Shown piece after piece: positions 47,120-56,920 of a stretch of 64,000 nucleotides of DNA. Each line of letters starts with the position of its first letter. Positions within the stretch are counted from its first letter, which is position 1. The notes beneath the pieces are model-generated. The model saw only the letters and a list, made by a program, of their open reading frames with translations, searched no databases and was not told the DNA's origin. The position numbers and the translations under genes are program-made. The stretch comes from an uncultured Myxococcales bacterium (GTDB lineage: Bacteria > Myxococcota_A > UBA9042 > DTJE01): the NCBI GenBank assembly GCA_937975765.1, contig CALJUR010000081.1, forward strand, positions 1,706 through 65,705, read 5' to 3'.

Positions 47120-47767
47120 ATGCTGTCGATACCGGAAGGGATGCGGGTGATCGGGCTGACGGGGGGCATCGGGGCGGGCAAGTCCGTCGTGGCGCAGGCC
47201 TGGCGCGCGATGGGGATCCCGGTGATCGACGCGGACGAGGTGTCCCGCGACCAGGCGCGGCCCGGCGGGGCGGCCTTCGCGGCGGTGGTGGCGGAGTTCG
47301 GGCCGGGCATCCTGGGCCCGGACGGCGCGATCGACCGGGCGGCGCTGGCCGCGATCGTGTTCGCGGACCCGGAGCGGCGCCGCCGGCTGGAGGCGCTGAC
47401 GCACGGGGAGGTGCTGGCCGAGGCGGGCCGCCGGCTGTCCGCGATGGCGCAGGCCGGCTGCCGGCTGGCGGTCGTCGAGGCGGCGCTGCTGATCGAGACC
47501 GGGCTGGACCGGGACCTGGATGGCCTGGTCGCGGTGATCGCCCCGGAGGCCGACCGGATCCGCCGCGTGGCCGCACGGGACGGCGCGGACGAGGCCGCGG
47601 TGCGCGCGCGCATGGCCGCGCAGGTCGACGACGACCGGCGACGGGCCGCGGCCACCGCGATCCTCGACAACGACGGGGACCTGGATGCCCTGGTGGCGAA
47701 GGCCCGATCCGTCGCGATCGATCTCGTGCTTGCGGGTCGTGACGACGTGCGGCGGCCCCCTGCGTGA
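47120..47767 (+). CDS. coaE: Dephospho-CoA kinase
   Basis: VIGLTGGIGAGKS P-loop at the N-terminus and a length of about 200 aa. The start may be 47141 (MRVIGL). Confidence 0.8.
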   Translation: MLSIPEGMRVIGLTGGIGAGKSVVAQAWRAMGIPVIDADEVSRDQARPGGAAFAAVVAEFGPGILGPDGAIDRAALAAIVFADPERRRRLEALTHGEVLAEAGRRLSAMAQAGCRLAVVEAALLIETGLDRDLDGLVAVIAPEADRIRRVAARDGADEAAVRARMAAQVDDDRRRAAATAILDNDGDLDALVAKARSVAIDLVLAGRDDVRRPPA

Positions 47768-47796
47768 CGGGGGACGCCCGGGACGGCCCCGGGGGC

Positions 47797-48084
47797 CTAC
47801 TTCTTCCGGGAGACGTTGATCGTCTGGCGCAGGCCCAGGCCGGCCTTGAAGAAGGGCAGGCGCTTCGGCGGGACGGTGACCTTCTCGCCCGTCTTCGGGT
47901 TCCGGCCCTCGTAGCCCTCGTAGTCCTTGACCGTGAAGTTGCCGAAGTTGCGGATCTCGATCCGCTCGCCGCGCTTCATCGCGTCGATCATCTGCTCGAA
48001 AACGGCGTTCACGACGATGGCGGCGCGGTCCAGGGTGATCTCGCTGCGCTTCGCAACCGCCTCGATCAGTTCCGACTTCGTCAT
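47797..48084 (-). CDS. HU/IHF family nucleoid-associated DNA-binding protein
   Basis: 95 aa: MTKSELIEAVAKR...RNFGNFTVKD...GRNPKTGEKVTVP...PFFKAG, the canonical HU/IHF fold signature. Confidence 0.85.
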   Translation of the reverse strand: MTKSELIEAVAKRSEITLDRAAIVVNAVFEQMIDAMKRGERIEIRNFGNFTVKDYEGYEGRNPKTGEKVTVPPKRLPFFKAGLGLRQTINVSRKK

Positions 48085-48220
48085 GGGAAATCCTCCGGTT
48101 CCTCAAACGAGTCGGAATGATAACCATATCTGCCGGCGGGTCAAGATTGAATTTTTCCGGCCCGTCTGCTATCCCGGGTCCGGTCCCGCGATCCCATCCC
48201 TTGTCACGGAGCATGCGATC

Positions 48221-49558
48221 ATGTCCCGATCGTTCTCGCTTTCGCTGCACCGGTTCGGTGCCGACGTGATGGCCGCCGTGGCCTCCCGGGTTGCCGACGT
48301 GACGTTCCAGGCCCGGCGCCTGAAGGCCGACGCGAACGGCGTCGCCGCGTTCCTGCAAGTCCCCGACGATGACGCGAACGCCCGCGCGGTGGCCGACCGG
48401 GTCGCCGCGCTGCCGGCCCGCTTCCGCAAGGTGCTGGTGCTGGGCATCGGCGGATCCGCCCTGGGCGCCCAGGCGGCGCTGGACGCCCTGAAGCCGCTGC
48501 GGCCCGCCGGCGGCCGCGAGGTGCGCATCCTGGCGAACCTGGACCCCGTTTCCATCGCCGACGCGATGGCGTGGTTCGACCCGGCCGACACCCTGCTGAA
48601 CCCCGTCACCAAGTCCGGCACCACCGTCGAGACGCTGACCCAGTTCGCGCTGTTCGCGGACCGCATCCGGGCGGCGCGCGGCGAGGCCGGCCTGAAGGAA
48701 GGCGTCGTCGTCACCACCGACCCCCAGAAGGGCGCGCTGCGGCGCGTCGCCCGCCGGCTGGACTGCCCGTCCCTGGAGGTCCCCCCCCGCGTCGGCGGCC
48801 GCTTCAGCGTGCTGACCCCGGTGGGCCTGTTCCCGATCGCCTGTGCGGGCCACGACGTGACCGCGATGCGTACCGGCGCCCGCGAGGTGATCGCGGCCTT
48901 CACGGACGGTGACGCGGCCGCGCACCCGTCCGTGCTGGCCGCGGCGGCGCAGGTCGAGTGGATGCGGCGCGGCGCGGCCGTGCGCGTGCTGTGGGCATAC
49001 TGCGACCGGTTCGCCGCGATGGGCGACTGGTTCTCCCAGTTGTGGGGCGAGTCGCTGGGCAAGCCGAAGGACGACGGTGCCGTCGGGTCCCAGCCGGTCC
49101 GCGCGATCGGTTCCACCGACCAGCACTCGCTGCTGCAGTTGTTCATGGAGGGCCCCCGCGACAAGACGCTGACCTTCGTGACCGTCGGCGGCCCGCGCCC
49201 CGCGATGCCCGTGCCGGACCTGTCCGCCCTGGACCCGGACTTCGCCGAGTTCGCGCACCACGACGCGGCCGAGGTCTTCGACGCGCTGCGCTGCGGCACG
49301 ATGGCGGGGCTGGTCGAGGCGGGCCGGCCCGTGGCCCACCTGCACGTGCCGGTGCTGGACGAGGCCGCCGTGGGCGCGCTGTTCGCCCACTTCGAGATCG
49401 AGACGGCGCTGGCCGGCTACCTGCTGGGGATCGACCCGTTCGACCAGCCCGGCGTCGAGGCCGGCAAGAAGTTCGCCCATGGCCTCCTGGGCCGCCCCGG
49501 CATGGAGGCCTACGGCACGGCGGCGCGGCGGATCCTGGGCACGGAGGACGCGCAATGA
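48221..49558 (+). CDS. pgi: Glucose-6-phosphate isomerase (short bacterial/archaeal-type PGI)
   Basis: SIS-domain blocks (VLGIGGSALG, TKSGTTVETL, VGGRFSVLT) and a C-terminal catalytic region. The start was trimmed to MSRSFS by residue count. Confidence 0.8.
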   Translation: MSRSFSLSLHRFGADVMAAVASRVADVTFQARRLKADANGVAAFLQVPDDDANARAVADRVAALPARFRKVLVLGIGGSALGAQAALDALKPLRPAGGREVRILANLDPVSIADAMAWFDPADTLLNPVTKSGTTVETLTQFALFADRIRAARGEAGLKEGVVVTTDPQKGALRRVARRLDCPSLEVPPRVGGRFSVLTPVGLFPIACAGHDVTAMRTGAREVIAAFTDGDAAAHPSVLAAAAQVEWMRRGAAVRVLWAYCDRFAAMGDWFSQLWGESLGKPKDDGAVGSQPVRAIGSTDQHSLLQLFMEGPRDKTLTFVTVGGPRPAMPVPDLSALDPDFAEFAHHDAAEVFDALRCGTMAGLVEAGRPVAHLHVPVLDEAAVGALFAHFEIETALAGYLLGIDPFDQPGVEAGKKFAHGLLGRPGMEAYGTAARRILGTEDAQ

Positions 49559-50331
49559 CCGGCTGCCACCGCGAGATCGAGCACCGCTACGGCGACCGCG
49601 TGCACGTGCTGGACGACCCGTACATGCGGACGCTGCTGGCCGAGCTGTGCATGCCCGCGACCGTGCAGCCCCGCCTGAACTGGCTGCTGCAGTCGCTGTA
49701 TGACGGGCTGCTGCGCGCCTGCATCAACGACCTGTTCCCGCGCAAGGTGCGGTCGGTGCGCACCCGGATGGGCGCCGAGTACCGCGCCGAGATGCTGGAC
49801 CCGACCACCGAGGTGGTCAGTGTCGACATCGCGCGGGCCGGCATCAAGCCTTCGCTGGTGTGCTTCGAACTGCTGTCCACGGTGCTGGACCCGGCCGGGG
49901 TGCGGCAGGACCACGTGATCATGAACCGCACCACCAACGAGGCGGGGCAGGTCACCGGCGCGGCCATCTCGGGCACCAAGGTCGGCGGGCCCACGGAGGG
50001 CCGGATCCTGCTGTTCCCGGACCCGATGGGCGCCACCGGGTCGTCGCTGGTCGAGGTGGTCCACTGGTACAAGGCGAACGGCGAGGGCCGGCCGGCGCGC
50101 TGGATCAGCCTGAACCTGATCGTGACGCCCGAGTTCCTGCGCAAGGTCCAGGCCGACGCGCCGGAACTGGAGATCTACTGCTGGCGCGTGGACCGCGGGC
50201 TGTCGCCGGCGGACGTGCTGGCGAAGGCTCCGGGCGAGGCGTGGGACCGCGAGCGCGGCCTGGACGACCACCACTACATCGTGCCGGGCGCCGGCGGGCT
50301 GGGCGAGGTGCTGAACAACGCGCTGCGGTGA
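49555..50331 (+). CDS. upp: Uracil phosphoribosyltransferase
   Basis: UPRTase motifs (HxxI...LLFPDPMGATGSS..., C-terminal YIVPGAGGLGE). Its start ATG overlaps the pgi stop as ATGA. Confidence 0.8.
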   Translation: MTGCHREIEHRYGDRVHVLDDPYMRTLLAELCMPATVQPRLNWLLQSLYDGLLRACINDLFPRKVRSVRTRMGAEYRAEMLDPTTEVVSVDIARAGIKPSLVCFELLSTVLDPAGVRQDHVIMNRTTNEAGQVTGAAISGTKVGGPTEGRILLFPDPMGATGSSLVEVVHWYKANGEGRPARWISLNLIVTPEFLRKVQADAPELEIYCWRVDRGLSPADVLAKAPGEAWDRERGLDDHHYIVPGAGGLGEVLNNALR

Positions 50332-50353
50332 CGCGCGGCGGCGGGAGGGTCCC

Positions 50354-50899
50354 ATGAACGGCGCCGAGAAGTTCGAGATCCTGATCTCCGAACGGGAACT
50401 GCAGGAGCGCATCCGGGAGATGGGCGCGCAGATCACGCGCGACTACCCCGAAGGCGACCTGGTCGTCGTCGGCGTGCTGAAGGGCGCGGTCGTCTTCCTG
50501 TCGGACCTGGTGCGGCAGATCGACCTGCCGCTGTCGCTGGACTTCATGGGCCTGTCGTCCTACGGCGACGCGACCACCTCCAGCGGTGTCGTGCAGATCA
50601 CGCAGGACCTGTCCAAGCCCATCCTGGGCAAGCACGTGCTGGTGGTCGAGGACATCGTGGACACCGGCCTGACGCTGGCCTTCCTGCGCGAGAACTTCCT
50701 GGCGCGCCAGCCGAAGTCCGTCCGGATCTGCACGCTGCTGCACAAGCCGTCGAACACGGTCAAGCACGTGCCGCTGGACTACGTGGGATTCACCATCGAG
50801 AACCGGTTCGTGGTCGGCTACGGGCTGGACTACGAGCAGAAGTACCGCAACCTGCCCTACATCGGGTTCCTGCCGCCTAGTGCGTCGGCGGCAGGATGA
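50354..50899 (+). CDS. hpt: Hypoxanthine-guanine phosphoribosyltransferase
   Basis: PRPP-binding motif VLVVEDIVDTGLT and N-terminal GVLKGAVVFLSDL. 181 aa. Confidence 0.85.
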   Translation: MNGAEKFEILISERELQERIREMGAQITRDYPEGDLVVVGVLKGAVVFLSDLVRQIDLPLSLDFMGLSSYGDATTSSGVVQITQDLSKPILGKHVLVVEDIVDTGLTLAFLRENFLARQPKSVRICTLLHKPSNTVKHVPLDYVGFTIENRFVVGYGLDYEQKYRNLPYIGFLPPSASAAG

Positions 50900-51536
50900 C
50901 CACGCGCGGGCCCTCGGGCAGCGCGTCCTTCGCGAACGCCAGCGGCGACGCCGCGTCCTGAATCGGCCACCCCCGCCGCCGCACCACCGCCAGGAAGTCG
51001 TCGATCGGCTGCAGCGCCAGTTTCACCGTCGGCCACAGGTAGTGCATCGGCACCACGACCCGCGGGCGCAGCGCCTCGACCGTCCGCGCGGCCTCCTCGG
51101 GCCCCACCGTGAACGTCCCGCCCACCGGCAGCAGCAGCACGTCCACCGGCGCCAGCGCCTGCGCCTCCTCCGGCCGCGGCACGCGCCCCAGGTCGCCGGG
51201 ATGGACGATCGACACGCCGTCGATCGCGAACCGGAAGCCCGTCACGAAGCCCCTTTTCGCGCCTTCCACCTCGTCGTGCGGCAGTTTCACTCCGCGGAAT
51301 TCGATCCCGCGCGCCGTGGCGGTGGCCCGGACCACGTCCGGGTTCCCGAACGCCGGGTCCAGGTGGAAGTGGTCCAGGTGATCGTGGGTGGACACGACGA
51401 CGTCCACGGGTTCGGTGAAGGCGCGCAGGCCCATCCGGCCCTGGAACGCCCCGGGCTGGTACGGGTCCAGCAGGATCCGCGGTCCCGCGTCGCCTTCCAC
51501 CAGGAAGCACGCGTGTCCGATGCAGGTCAGTCGCAC
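50877..51536 (-). CDS. MBL-fold metallo-hydrolase
   Basis: HxHxDH motif (STHDHLDHFHLD) and downstream His/Asp ligands. It overlaps the hpt 3' end convergently by about 23 nt. Confidence 0.7.
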   Translation of the reverse strand: MRLTCIGHACFLVEGDAGPRILLDPYQPGAFQGRMGLRAFTEPVDVVVSTHDHLDHFHLDPAFGNPDVVRATATARGIEFRGVKLPHDEVEGAKRGFVTGFRFAIDGVSIVHPGDLGRVPRPEEAQALAPVDVLLLPVGGTFTVGPEEAARTVEALRPRVVVPMHYLWPTVKLALQPIDDFLAVVRRRGWPIQDAASPLAFAKDALPEGPRVVILPPTH

Positions 51537-51570
51537 GGGTCACCTCCGCGTCGGGAAGGGCCTGCGGGGC

Positions 51571-53889
51571 CTACGGGGCCGGCATCACCCGCACCCGCAC
51601 CTCGCCGGGAACCTCCTGGCCCTGCAGCACCTCCGACCAGTGCCACGCCATCAGCATCGCACCTCCGGGCCCGCTCGTCGCGTCCAGGCTGCCGACGAAG
51701 CCTTCCGACGCGCCCTGGACCGGGACCGGGGTGCCGACCGACCCGGGTTCGCCGGTCGTCGTCAGCAGGCGCAGGACCACGGCCGACGGGTTGCCGAACG
51801 ACTCCCCCAGCACGAAGGTGGTCAGGAACGCGAAGCCCGTCCCGAACGGAAGGAACGCCTGGGCCATCGGGTACGGGACGTCCAGCAGCCGGCCCGCCTC
51901 GACGGTGGACTGCGCCAGGCACCACGACTGCCCGGTCGGCTCGCCCGCTCCGTCCAGCCGGAACGACGTCACGTCGAGCCCCGGGGATTCGCCCACCGTG
52001 ACCGACCGCAACACCGCGGCCAGGTAGGTGCCGTCTCCTGCCGGCACGCAGGCCGGCGCGATGCGATGGTCCTGCTCGAATTCCGCCAGATCCTGGGCGG
52101 GCCACAACTTCCCGTCGGCCCGCTGGTACACGACCCGGGGGTGGGTCCGGCGGGATGCCCGCTGGACCAGCGTCAACAGCGCGCCGCCTCCCTCCGGGCA
52201 GACCTGGCCCAGCCGGGCGGAGTCCAGCCCCGACGGGTCGCCGGCCACGATCACGGTCGCGGACGCCAGCAACTGGTCGGTGGCCGTGGCCACCCAGGAC
52301 GATCGGACCTCCCCGTAGACCCAGGAGTCCACCGTGTAGAGCAACTGCCACGCCACCAGCGCGGCGCCCTCGATCGCCCCGATGTCCAGGCGTTCGCCGA
52401 AGGCAGCCTCCCCGGGCAGCGAACCGGGGATCGCCGACGCGGACAGCGTCGCACCGGTCCAGTCCAGCAGGCGCAACTGGACCGCGTCGATGGACTGGAA
52501 GGCCAGCACGAACCGCCCCTGCCCCAGCGAGGCCAGCGCGGGACGGAAATGCCCCGACGCGGCAGGCACGGCCTCGGGCACGACCTGCACCGGTCCCAGC
52601 GTCCCATGGGTGCCCAAAGGGCGCACCTGCAGCACCGGCGCACCCTCGACGGACTCCTCCCAGGCGATCAGGCCGGAGCCGCCCCACTCCCACCAGGCGA
52701 CCACCGGGGCCTGGCCTGCCGTCGAGAGGGTCGCCAGCGCCCACCGGCAGGCGAGGCACAGCGGCGTCGTGTCCATGCCCGGGTCGCACTGTTCGCCGGC
52801 TTCCTGCAGGCCGTTGCCACAGCAGTCGGGCAGCACCCGGTGTTCGCAGCCGCCGTCCGCGGGCCGGCAGGAATCCGCGGTGCACGGGTTCCCGTCGTCG
52901 CAGTCCACCGCGGGCCCCAGGGCCAGGCAGATCCCGGAACGGCAGCCGTCCGGCCCGTTGCACAGGTCGCCGTCGTCGCACGCCGTGTCCTCGGGCAGGT
53001 TCGTGGCCACGCACCCCCCGGGCTCGACGCAGGAGGCCGTCCGGCAGGACCCCGGGTCGCAGGCCACGGGGGCACCCAGGCACTCGCCGGCCAGGCACGC
53101 GTCCGATCCCGTGCAGGCCAGCCCGTCGTCGCACGCCTCCCCTTCGCGGATCGGGCGCGCCGCGCACCGGCCGCTGGCCGGGTCGCAGACGTGCTCGCGG
53201 CAGGCCTCGGCGCCCGGGCATTCCACGTCGTCGTACCGGCAGGTCCCGTCCTCGCACCGGGGATGGACGCGGCACAGGTCCTGCGAGGCCGGGCAGGGGC
53301 GGGCGCCGGTGCACTCGCAGGCGTCGTTCGCCAGCACGCACTGGCCGTCCCGGCACTCGTCGGCGGTGCACGCCAGGCCATCGGCGTCGCAGGCCGTTTC
53401 ATCGGGCCGGGGCTGGTACTCGCACCGGCCGGTGGACTCGTTGCAGCCCTGGCCGACCAGGCAGGGCATCGCGGCACACTCCTTGCGGGCATAGCTGCAC
53501 CGCCCCTGCAGGCAGGTTCCGGCCCCCGCGGCGCACGCGTCGTCGGGGGTGCAGGGGTCGCCTTCCGCGCGGCCCGCGCACCACAGCGCCAGGCGCTCGA
53601 TGCAGCCGGCACCCAGCATCGACTCCGGCAGGCACTCGTGGCCGTCCGGGCACCGGTCGGTCCGCGGGACGTGCTCGCAGCGTCGCACGCCGTTGACGGA
53701 CAGGCCGCAGATGTCCTCGGTGCAGTCGATGCCGTCGGTGCAGTCCGCATCCCGCAGGCACTGGTCCTGGGCCGGGGTCAGGTCGGCGTTGTTGCCGCCA
53801 CCGCACGCCGCCACCGCCAGCGGGACCAGGAGCGGCAGCAGGAAGGGGACCCGGGCAATCCCTCGCGGGAACGATCGATTCGCGGGCAC
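51571..53889 (-). CDS. Cysteine-rich repeat lipoprotein (myxobacterial-type disulfide repeats)
   Basis: Lipobox LAVAACGG. Many CDDGNPCT / CDDGLACT / DCCGNGxxExGExCD repeat units are followed by a large beta-rich C-terminal domain. It is paralogous to the upstream gene. Confidence 0.7.
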   Translation of the reverse strand: MPANRSFPRGIARVPFLLPLLVPLAVAACGGGNNADLTPAQDQCLRDADCTDGIDCTEDICGLSVNGVRRCEHVPRTDRCPDGHECLPESMLGAGCIERLALWCAGRAEGDPCTPDDACAAGAGTCLQGRCSYARKECAAMPCLVGQGCNESTGRCEYQPRPDETACDADGLACTADECRDGQCVLANDACECTGARPCPASQDLCRVHPRCEDGTCRYDDVECPGAEACREHVCDPASGRCAARPIREGEACDDGLACTGSDACLAGECLGAPVACDPGSCRTASCVEPGGCVATNLPEDTACDDGDLCNGPDGCRSGICLALGPAVDCDDGNPCTADSCRPADGGCEHRVLPDCCGNGLQEAGEQCDPGMDTTPLCLACRWALATLSTAGQAPVVAWWEWGGSGLIAWEESVEGAPVLQVRPLGTHGTLGPVQVVPEAVPAASGHFRPALASLGQGRFVLAFQSIDAVQLRLLDWTGATLSASAIPGSLPGEAAFGERLDIGAIEGAALVAWQLLYTVDSWVYGEVRSSWVATATDQLLASATVIVAGDPSGLDSARLGQVCPEGGGALLTLVQRASRRTHPRVVYQRADGKLWPAQDLAEFEQDHRIAPACVPAGDGTYLAAVLRSVTVGESPGLDVTSFRLDGAGEPTGQSWCLAQSTVEAGRLLDVPYPMAQAFLPFGTGFAFLTTFVLGESFGNPSAVVLRLLTTTGEPGSVGTPVPVQGASEGFVGSLDATSGPGGAMLMAWHWSEVLQGQEVPGEVRVRVMPAP

Positions 53890-53899
53890 GGCGACCTCC

Positions 53900-56800
53900 T
53901 CAGGGGCACCAGGCAGTGGCGCCGGGCACGGTCACGTAGCCGGAAGGTCCGAAGCCGACGCAGACGGCCGGCCGGTCGGGGTGGCTGCAGTCCACGGCAC
54001 CGGCCGGGCAGGCCGGCGAGACCAGCGCCAGGTAGATGCCCGAGTCCCGCAGGTCCGTCCCGTCGTACCACGCCACGGCCGCCCAGTAGGGGTCCAGCCG
54101 CGCGACCGCCGGCGATGCGGACCCCTTCTCGACCGTCGGGGAGACCACCAGGTCGGCCCCGGGGACGCCGGCGGCATCCAGCGGGGTCAGCAGCACCCGG
54201 GTGTCGGTCGCGGCTACTCCCACCGAGGCCAGCAGGGCCCGGTCGTCGAACGCGACGAGGTCGGGCGCGTAGCGTCGCAGCCAGGTCGTCGCCGGGAAGG
54301 TCGCCTCGCCGGCCGACTGCAGGTCCGCCGCCACCCGGGTGCCGCCGCGCAGCACGCCGGCGTCCCGCTCGGCCACCCAGGCGACGCGATCCGTGCCGAC
54401 GGGTGCCAGGGCCAGGTCGCGCAGCGCGTCCCCGCCGGTGTCCGCCTGCACCTCGTCGCCCGCGGGCTTCCCGTCGACATCCAGCCGCCGCAGCATCACA
54501 CGGTGGACCGGGCCCTCCTGTTCCGAGATCCACGCCGCCACGCCCCCGTTGCCGACCGATGCCAGCTTCGGACGCCGCTGGATCCCCGCGGTGTCCTGGT
54601 TGAGGAGGGTGCCGGTGGGGTCGAAGGTGGGGGTGTCGTTCAGGATTTGCCACCCACCAATCGCGATGTCCAACGGAGAAGAACCATCGATAGAGAATGA
54701 CCAAGAGATAAGACCATTCCCATCGAGTGTTTCCGACAACGATGGTTCGAATCGATCCTCCTGATAGATTCCGACAGACGAGGTGAGAACTGACAGAGCA
54801 GACTTCGTCCCGTCGTCGTTTTTAGTCAGAGCAAGAACTTGCCGTTTTGTCCCCCCGAAGGACACCATCGACCCAGGCTCATCTCTTCTCGAAGCAATGG
54901 AGATAGCAAAACGCCCCTCCTGAGTTTCAAGGCTTTCTGCGGAGACTTTCTCCCAATCACGAACCTCAAGATCGACACCAAGTCCGCCACAAAGAACATC
55001 TAGTTGTTTCTTCGCCGCAAGATGAAGTCCGGATCTTCCGGCATTGGAAGATGCAACGATCTCGCTGTACCCCTTCCCCGCCGCGACCAGCACCGGGCCC
55101 AGCGGGGCACAACCGCTGCGCGCCCACAGGTAGAGGTCCAGGGTCGCCACGACCCCGCCCGCCGCGACCCGCACGGCCAGGTCCACCGGGTCACCGTCCC
55201 CCAGCCACGACCACGCCATCCGGGTCCGGCCGTCCACGACCCGGCACTCGTCCGGCGACACCACGAGTTCGCCCCGGTACAGTTTCACCGCGTCGCAGGC
55301 CGAGGCGCCCGCATCCAGGACCAGCAGCGCCAGGCCCGAAGGCACCCGCCGCCCCGGGATCCGGAAGGACGCTCCCGGCTCCCCTTCCGCGGGCCCCGCG
55401 CCCGCCTCCCCGCGCATCCCCTTCCCGCCGCTCCACCGGAATCCCGGCACCGCCCCGCCCGTCCGCAGGTCCCACCCCAGCAGCCGCCGCGGCAGCCGCA
55501 GGTCCAGTTCCTGGCACTCGCCGGTCCCCGCCTGGCACCAGGTCGGCCCGCACTCGCCCGCCGACGCCGCGCACCGTCCCTCCGGCTCGCCATCCCAGGC
55601 GCAGGTCCCCGCGTCGCATCGCTCGGCCGTGCAGGGGTCCCCGTCGTCGCAGTCCCCGTCGCCGACGCAGCACCCCGGGGTCCACGCCCCGGGAACGCAA
55701 CTCCCCGCCCGGCAGGCGTCCCCGGCCGTGCACGGGTTGGCGTCCTGGCACGGGGTCGCGTCCAGGTCCCGGTGCCGGCACCCGCCGGTCGCCGGGTCGC
55801 AGTCGTCCTCCGTGCACGGGTTGCCGTCGTCGCAGTCCATCGCCGTCCCGACGCACTGGGCCTGGGCGCTGCACGCGTCCAGCACCGTGCACGGGTCCCC
55901 GTCGTCGCACCCGATCGCGACCCCCAGCGGCGTCCACGCACATCCCGTCGCCGGCACGCAGGTGTCCGACGTGCAGGGGTTCCCGTCGTCGCAGTCCATC
56001 GCCGCCCCGGGCACGCACGCCCCGTTCGCGCACGCGTCCCCGGCGGTGCACAGGTCCCCGTCCTCGCAGGCCGCGCCGTTCGCGGGCGGGTGCCGGCAGG
56101 CCCCCGTCGAGGGATCGCACCGGTCCTCGGTGCACGGGTCGCCATCGACGCATCGCGGCCGGTGCCGGCATTCCCCGTCCAGGCACGTCCCGGCCTCGCT
56201 GCACACCGTCGCGGCCTCGCACTCGGTCCCGTCCGCGCGCGCCTCCTCGCCGCAACGGCCGGTCGCCTCGTCGCAGGTGGCCACCCGGCAGGGGTCGGCC
56301 GGCACCGGGCACTTCGTCAGGCTGCCGCCCGTCACGCACCGCTGGCTGGCCGGGTCGCACGACAGCGGCGGGGCGCAGAGGGTCTTCGGGCCGGGGCAAT
56401 CCTCGTCCTTCCCGCACTCGCACTCGTTGGCGCCCGCCTGGCAGGCCCCGCCCACGCACCGGTCCTTCGTGCACGCATTGGCATCCCGGTCGCAGCCCTC
56501 GCCGTCCGCCAGCGACTCGTACCGGCACTCCCCCGTCGCCTCGTCGCAGCCGCCGGACAGGCATTCCCGGACCGGGCACGCCTTCCGGCGCACGGGCACG
56601 CAGGCACCCGACACGCACGTCCCGCCGCCCTCCGCGCACCGGTCGATCGGCTGGCATGACGCGCCCTCCCGGGCCTCGTCGGCCACGACCCCGCACGTCC
56701 CGTCCAGGCACGTCCGGCGTCCGCAAGGCCCGGGGTCCAGGGCCGCGCAGTCCGCCTCCGTCCGGCAGGACACCGTCACGTCCCCGGGCACGTCGCTCCC

Positions 56801-56920
56801 GTCGCCCGTCCCGTCGCCCGGCCCCGGGTCGGCCGGGTCCCCGGACCCGCCGCATCCCGCCAGCCACACCACCACGCCGATCATCCAAGCCCTGCGCACG
56901 CTTCCCCCCGATGCCTTCAC
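53900..56920 (-). CDS. Giant cysteine-rich repeat lipoprotein (paralog of 51571..53889); GTG start overlapping the upstream stop (GTGA)
   Basis: The listed ORF 53900..58429 has a Gly/Arg-rich artefactual 5' half that overlaps the better-supported BamB-like gene. The in-frame GTG at 56920, preceded by GGAGACGGA, gives MKASGGSVRRAWMIGVVVWLAGCGG (lipobox). Repeats CDDGNPCTxDxC and CDDGDPCT are present. Confidence 0.6.
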   Translation of the reverse strand: MKASGGSVRRAWMIGVVVWLAGCGGSGDPADPGPGDGTGDGSDVPGDVTVSCRTEADCAALDPGPCGRRTCLDGTCGVVADEAREGASCQPIDRCAEGGGTCVSGACVPVRRKACPVRECLSGGCDEATGECRYESLADGEGCDRDANACTKDRCVGGACQAGANECECGKDEDCPGPKTLCAPPLSCDPASQRCVTGGSLTKCPVPADPCRVATCDEATGRCGEEARADGTECEAATVCSEAGTCLDGECRHRPRCVDGDPCTEDRCDPSTGACRHPPANGAACEDGDLCTAGDACANGACVPGAAMDCDDGNPCTSDTCVPATGCAWTPLGVAIGCDDGDPCTVLDACSAQAQCVGTAMDCDDGNPCTEDDCDPATGGCRHRDLDATPCQDANPCTAGDACRAGSCVPGAWTPGCCVGDGDCDDGDPCTAERCDAGTCAWDGEPEGRCAASAGECGPTWCQAGTGECQELDLRLPRRLLGWDLRTGGAVPGFRWSGGKGMRGEAGAGPAEGEPGASFRIPGRRVPSGLALLVLDAGASACDAVKLYRGELVVSPDECRVVDGRTRMAWSWLGDGDPVDLAVRVAAGGVVATLDLYLWARSGCAPLGPVLVAAGKGYSEIVASSNAGRSGLHLAAKKQLDVLCGGLGVDLEVRDWEKVSAESLETQEGRFAISIASRRDEPGSMVSFGGTKRQVLALTKNDDGTKSALSVLTSSVGIYQEDRFEPSLSETLDGNGLISWSFSIDGSSPLDIAIGGWQILNDTPTFDPTGTLLNQDTAGIQRRPKLASVGNGGVAAWISEQEGPVHRVMLRRLDVDGKPAGDEVQADTGGDALRDLALAPVGTDRVAWVAERDAGVLRGGTRVAADLQSAGEATFPATTWLRRYAPDLVAFDDRALLASVGVAATDTRVLLTPLDAAGVPGADLVVSPTVEKGSASPAVARLDPYWAAVAWYDGTDLRDSGIYLALVSPACPAGAVDCSHPDRPAVCVGFGPSGYVTVPGATAWCP
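54640..55065 (-). other. In-frame compositionally anomalous (low-GC, A/T third-position) segment inside the 53900..56920 lipoprotein gene
   Basis: Visibly AT-rich run, e.g. atcgatagagaatgaccaagagataagaccattcccatcgagtgtttccgacaacgatggttcgaatcg. The reading frame is preserved, encoding ...SEIVASSNAGRSGLHLAAKKQLDVLCGGLGVDLEVRDWEKVSAESLETQEGRFAISIASRR...ISWSFSIDGSSPLDIAIGGWQILNDTP... Codon usage switches to NNA/NNT there. Boundaries are approximate. Confidence 0.7.

Noticed and set aside
54640-55065. Low-GC in-frame segment as an intein
   Set aside because: It is only about 140 aa. It lacks the N-terminal Cys/Ser, block B TxxH and the C-terminal HN-Cys/Ser/Thr splice junction motifs. The host frame simply continues.
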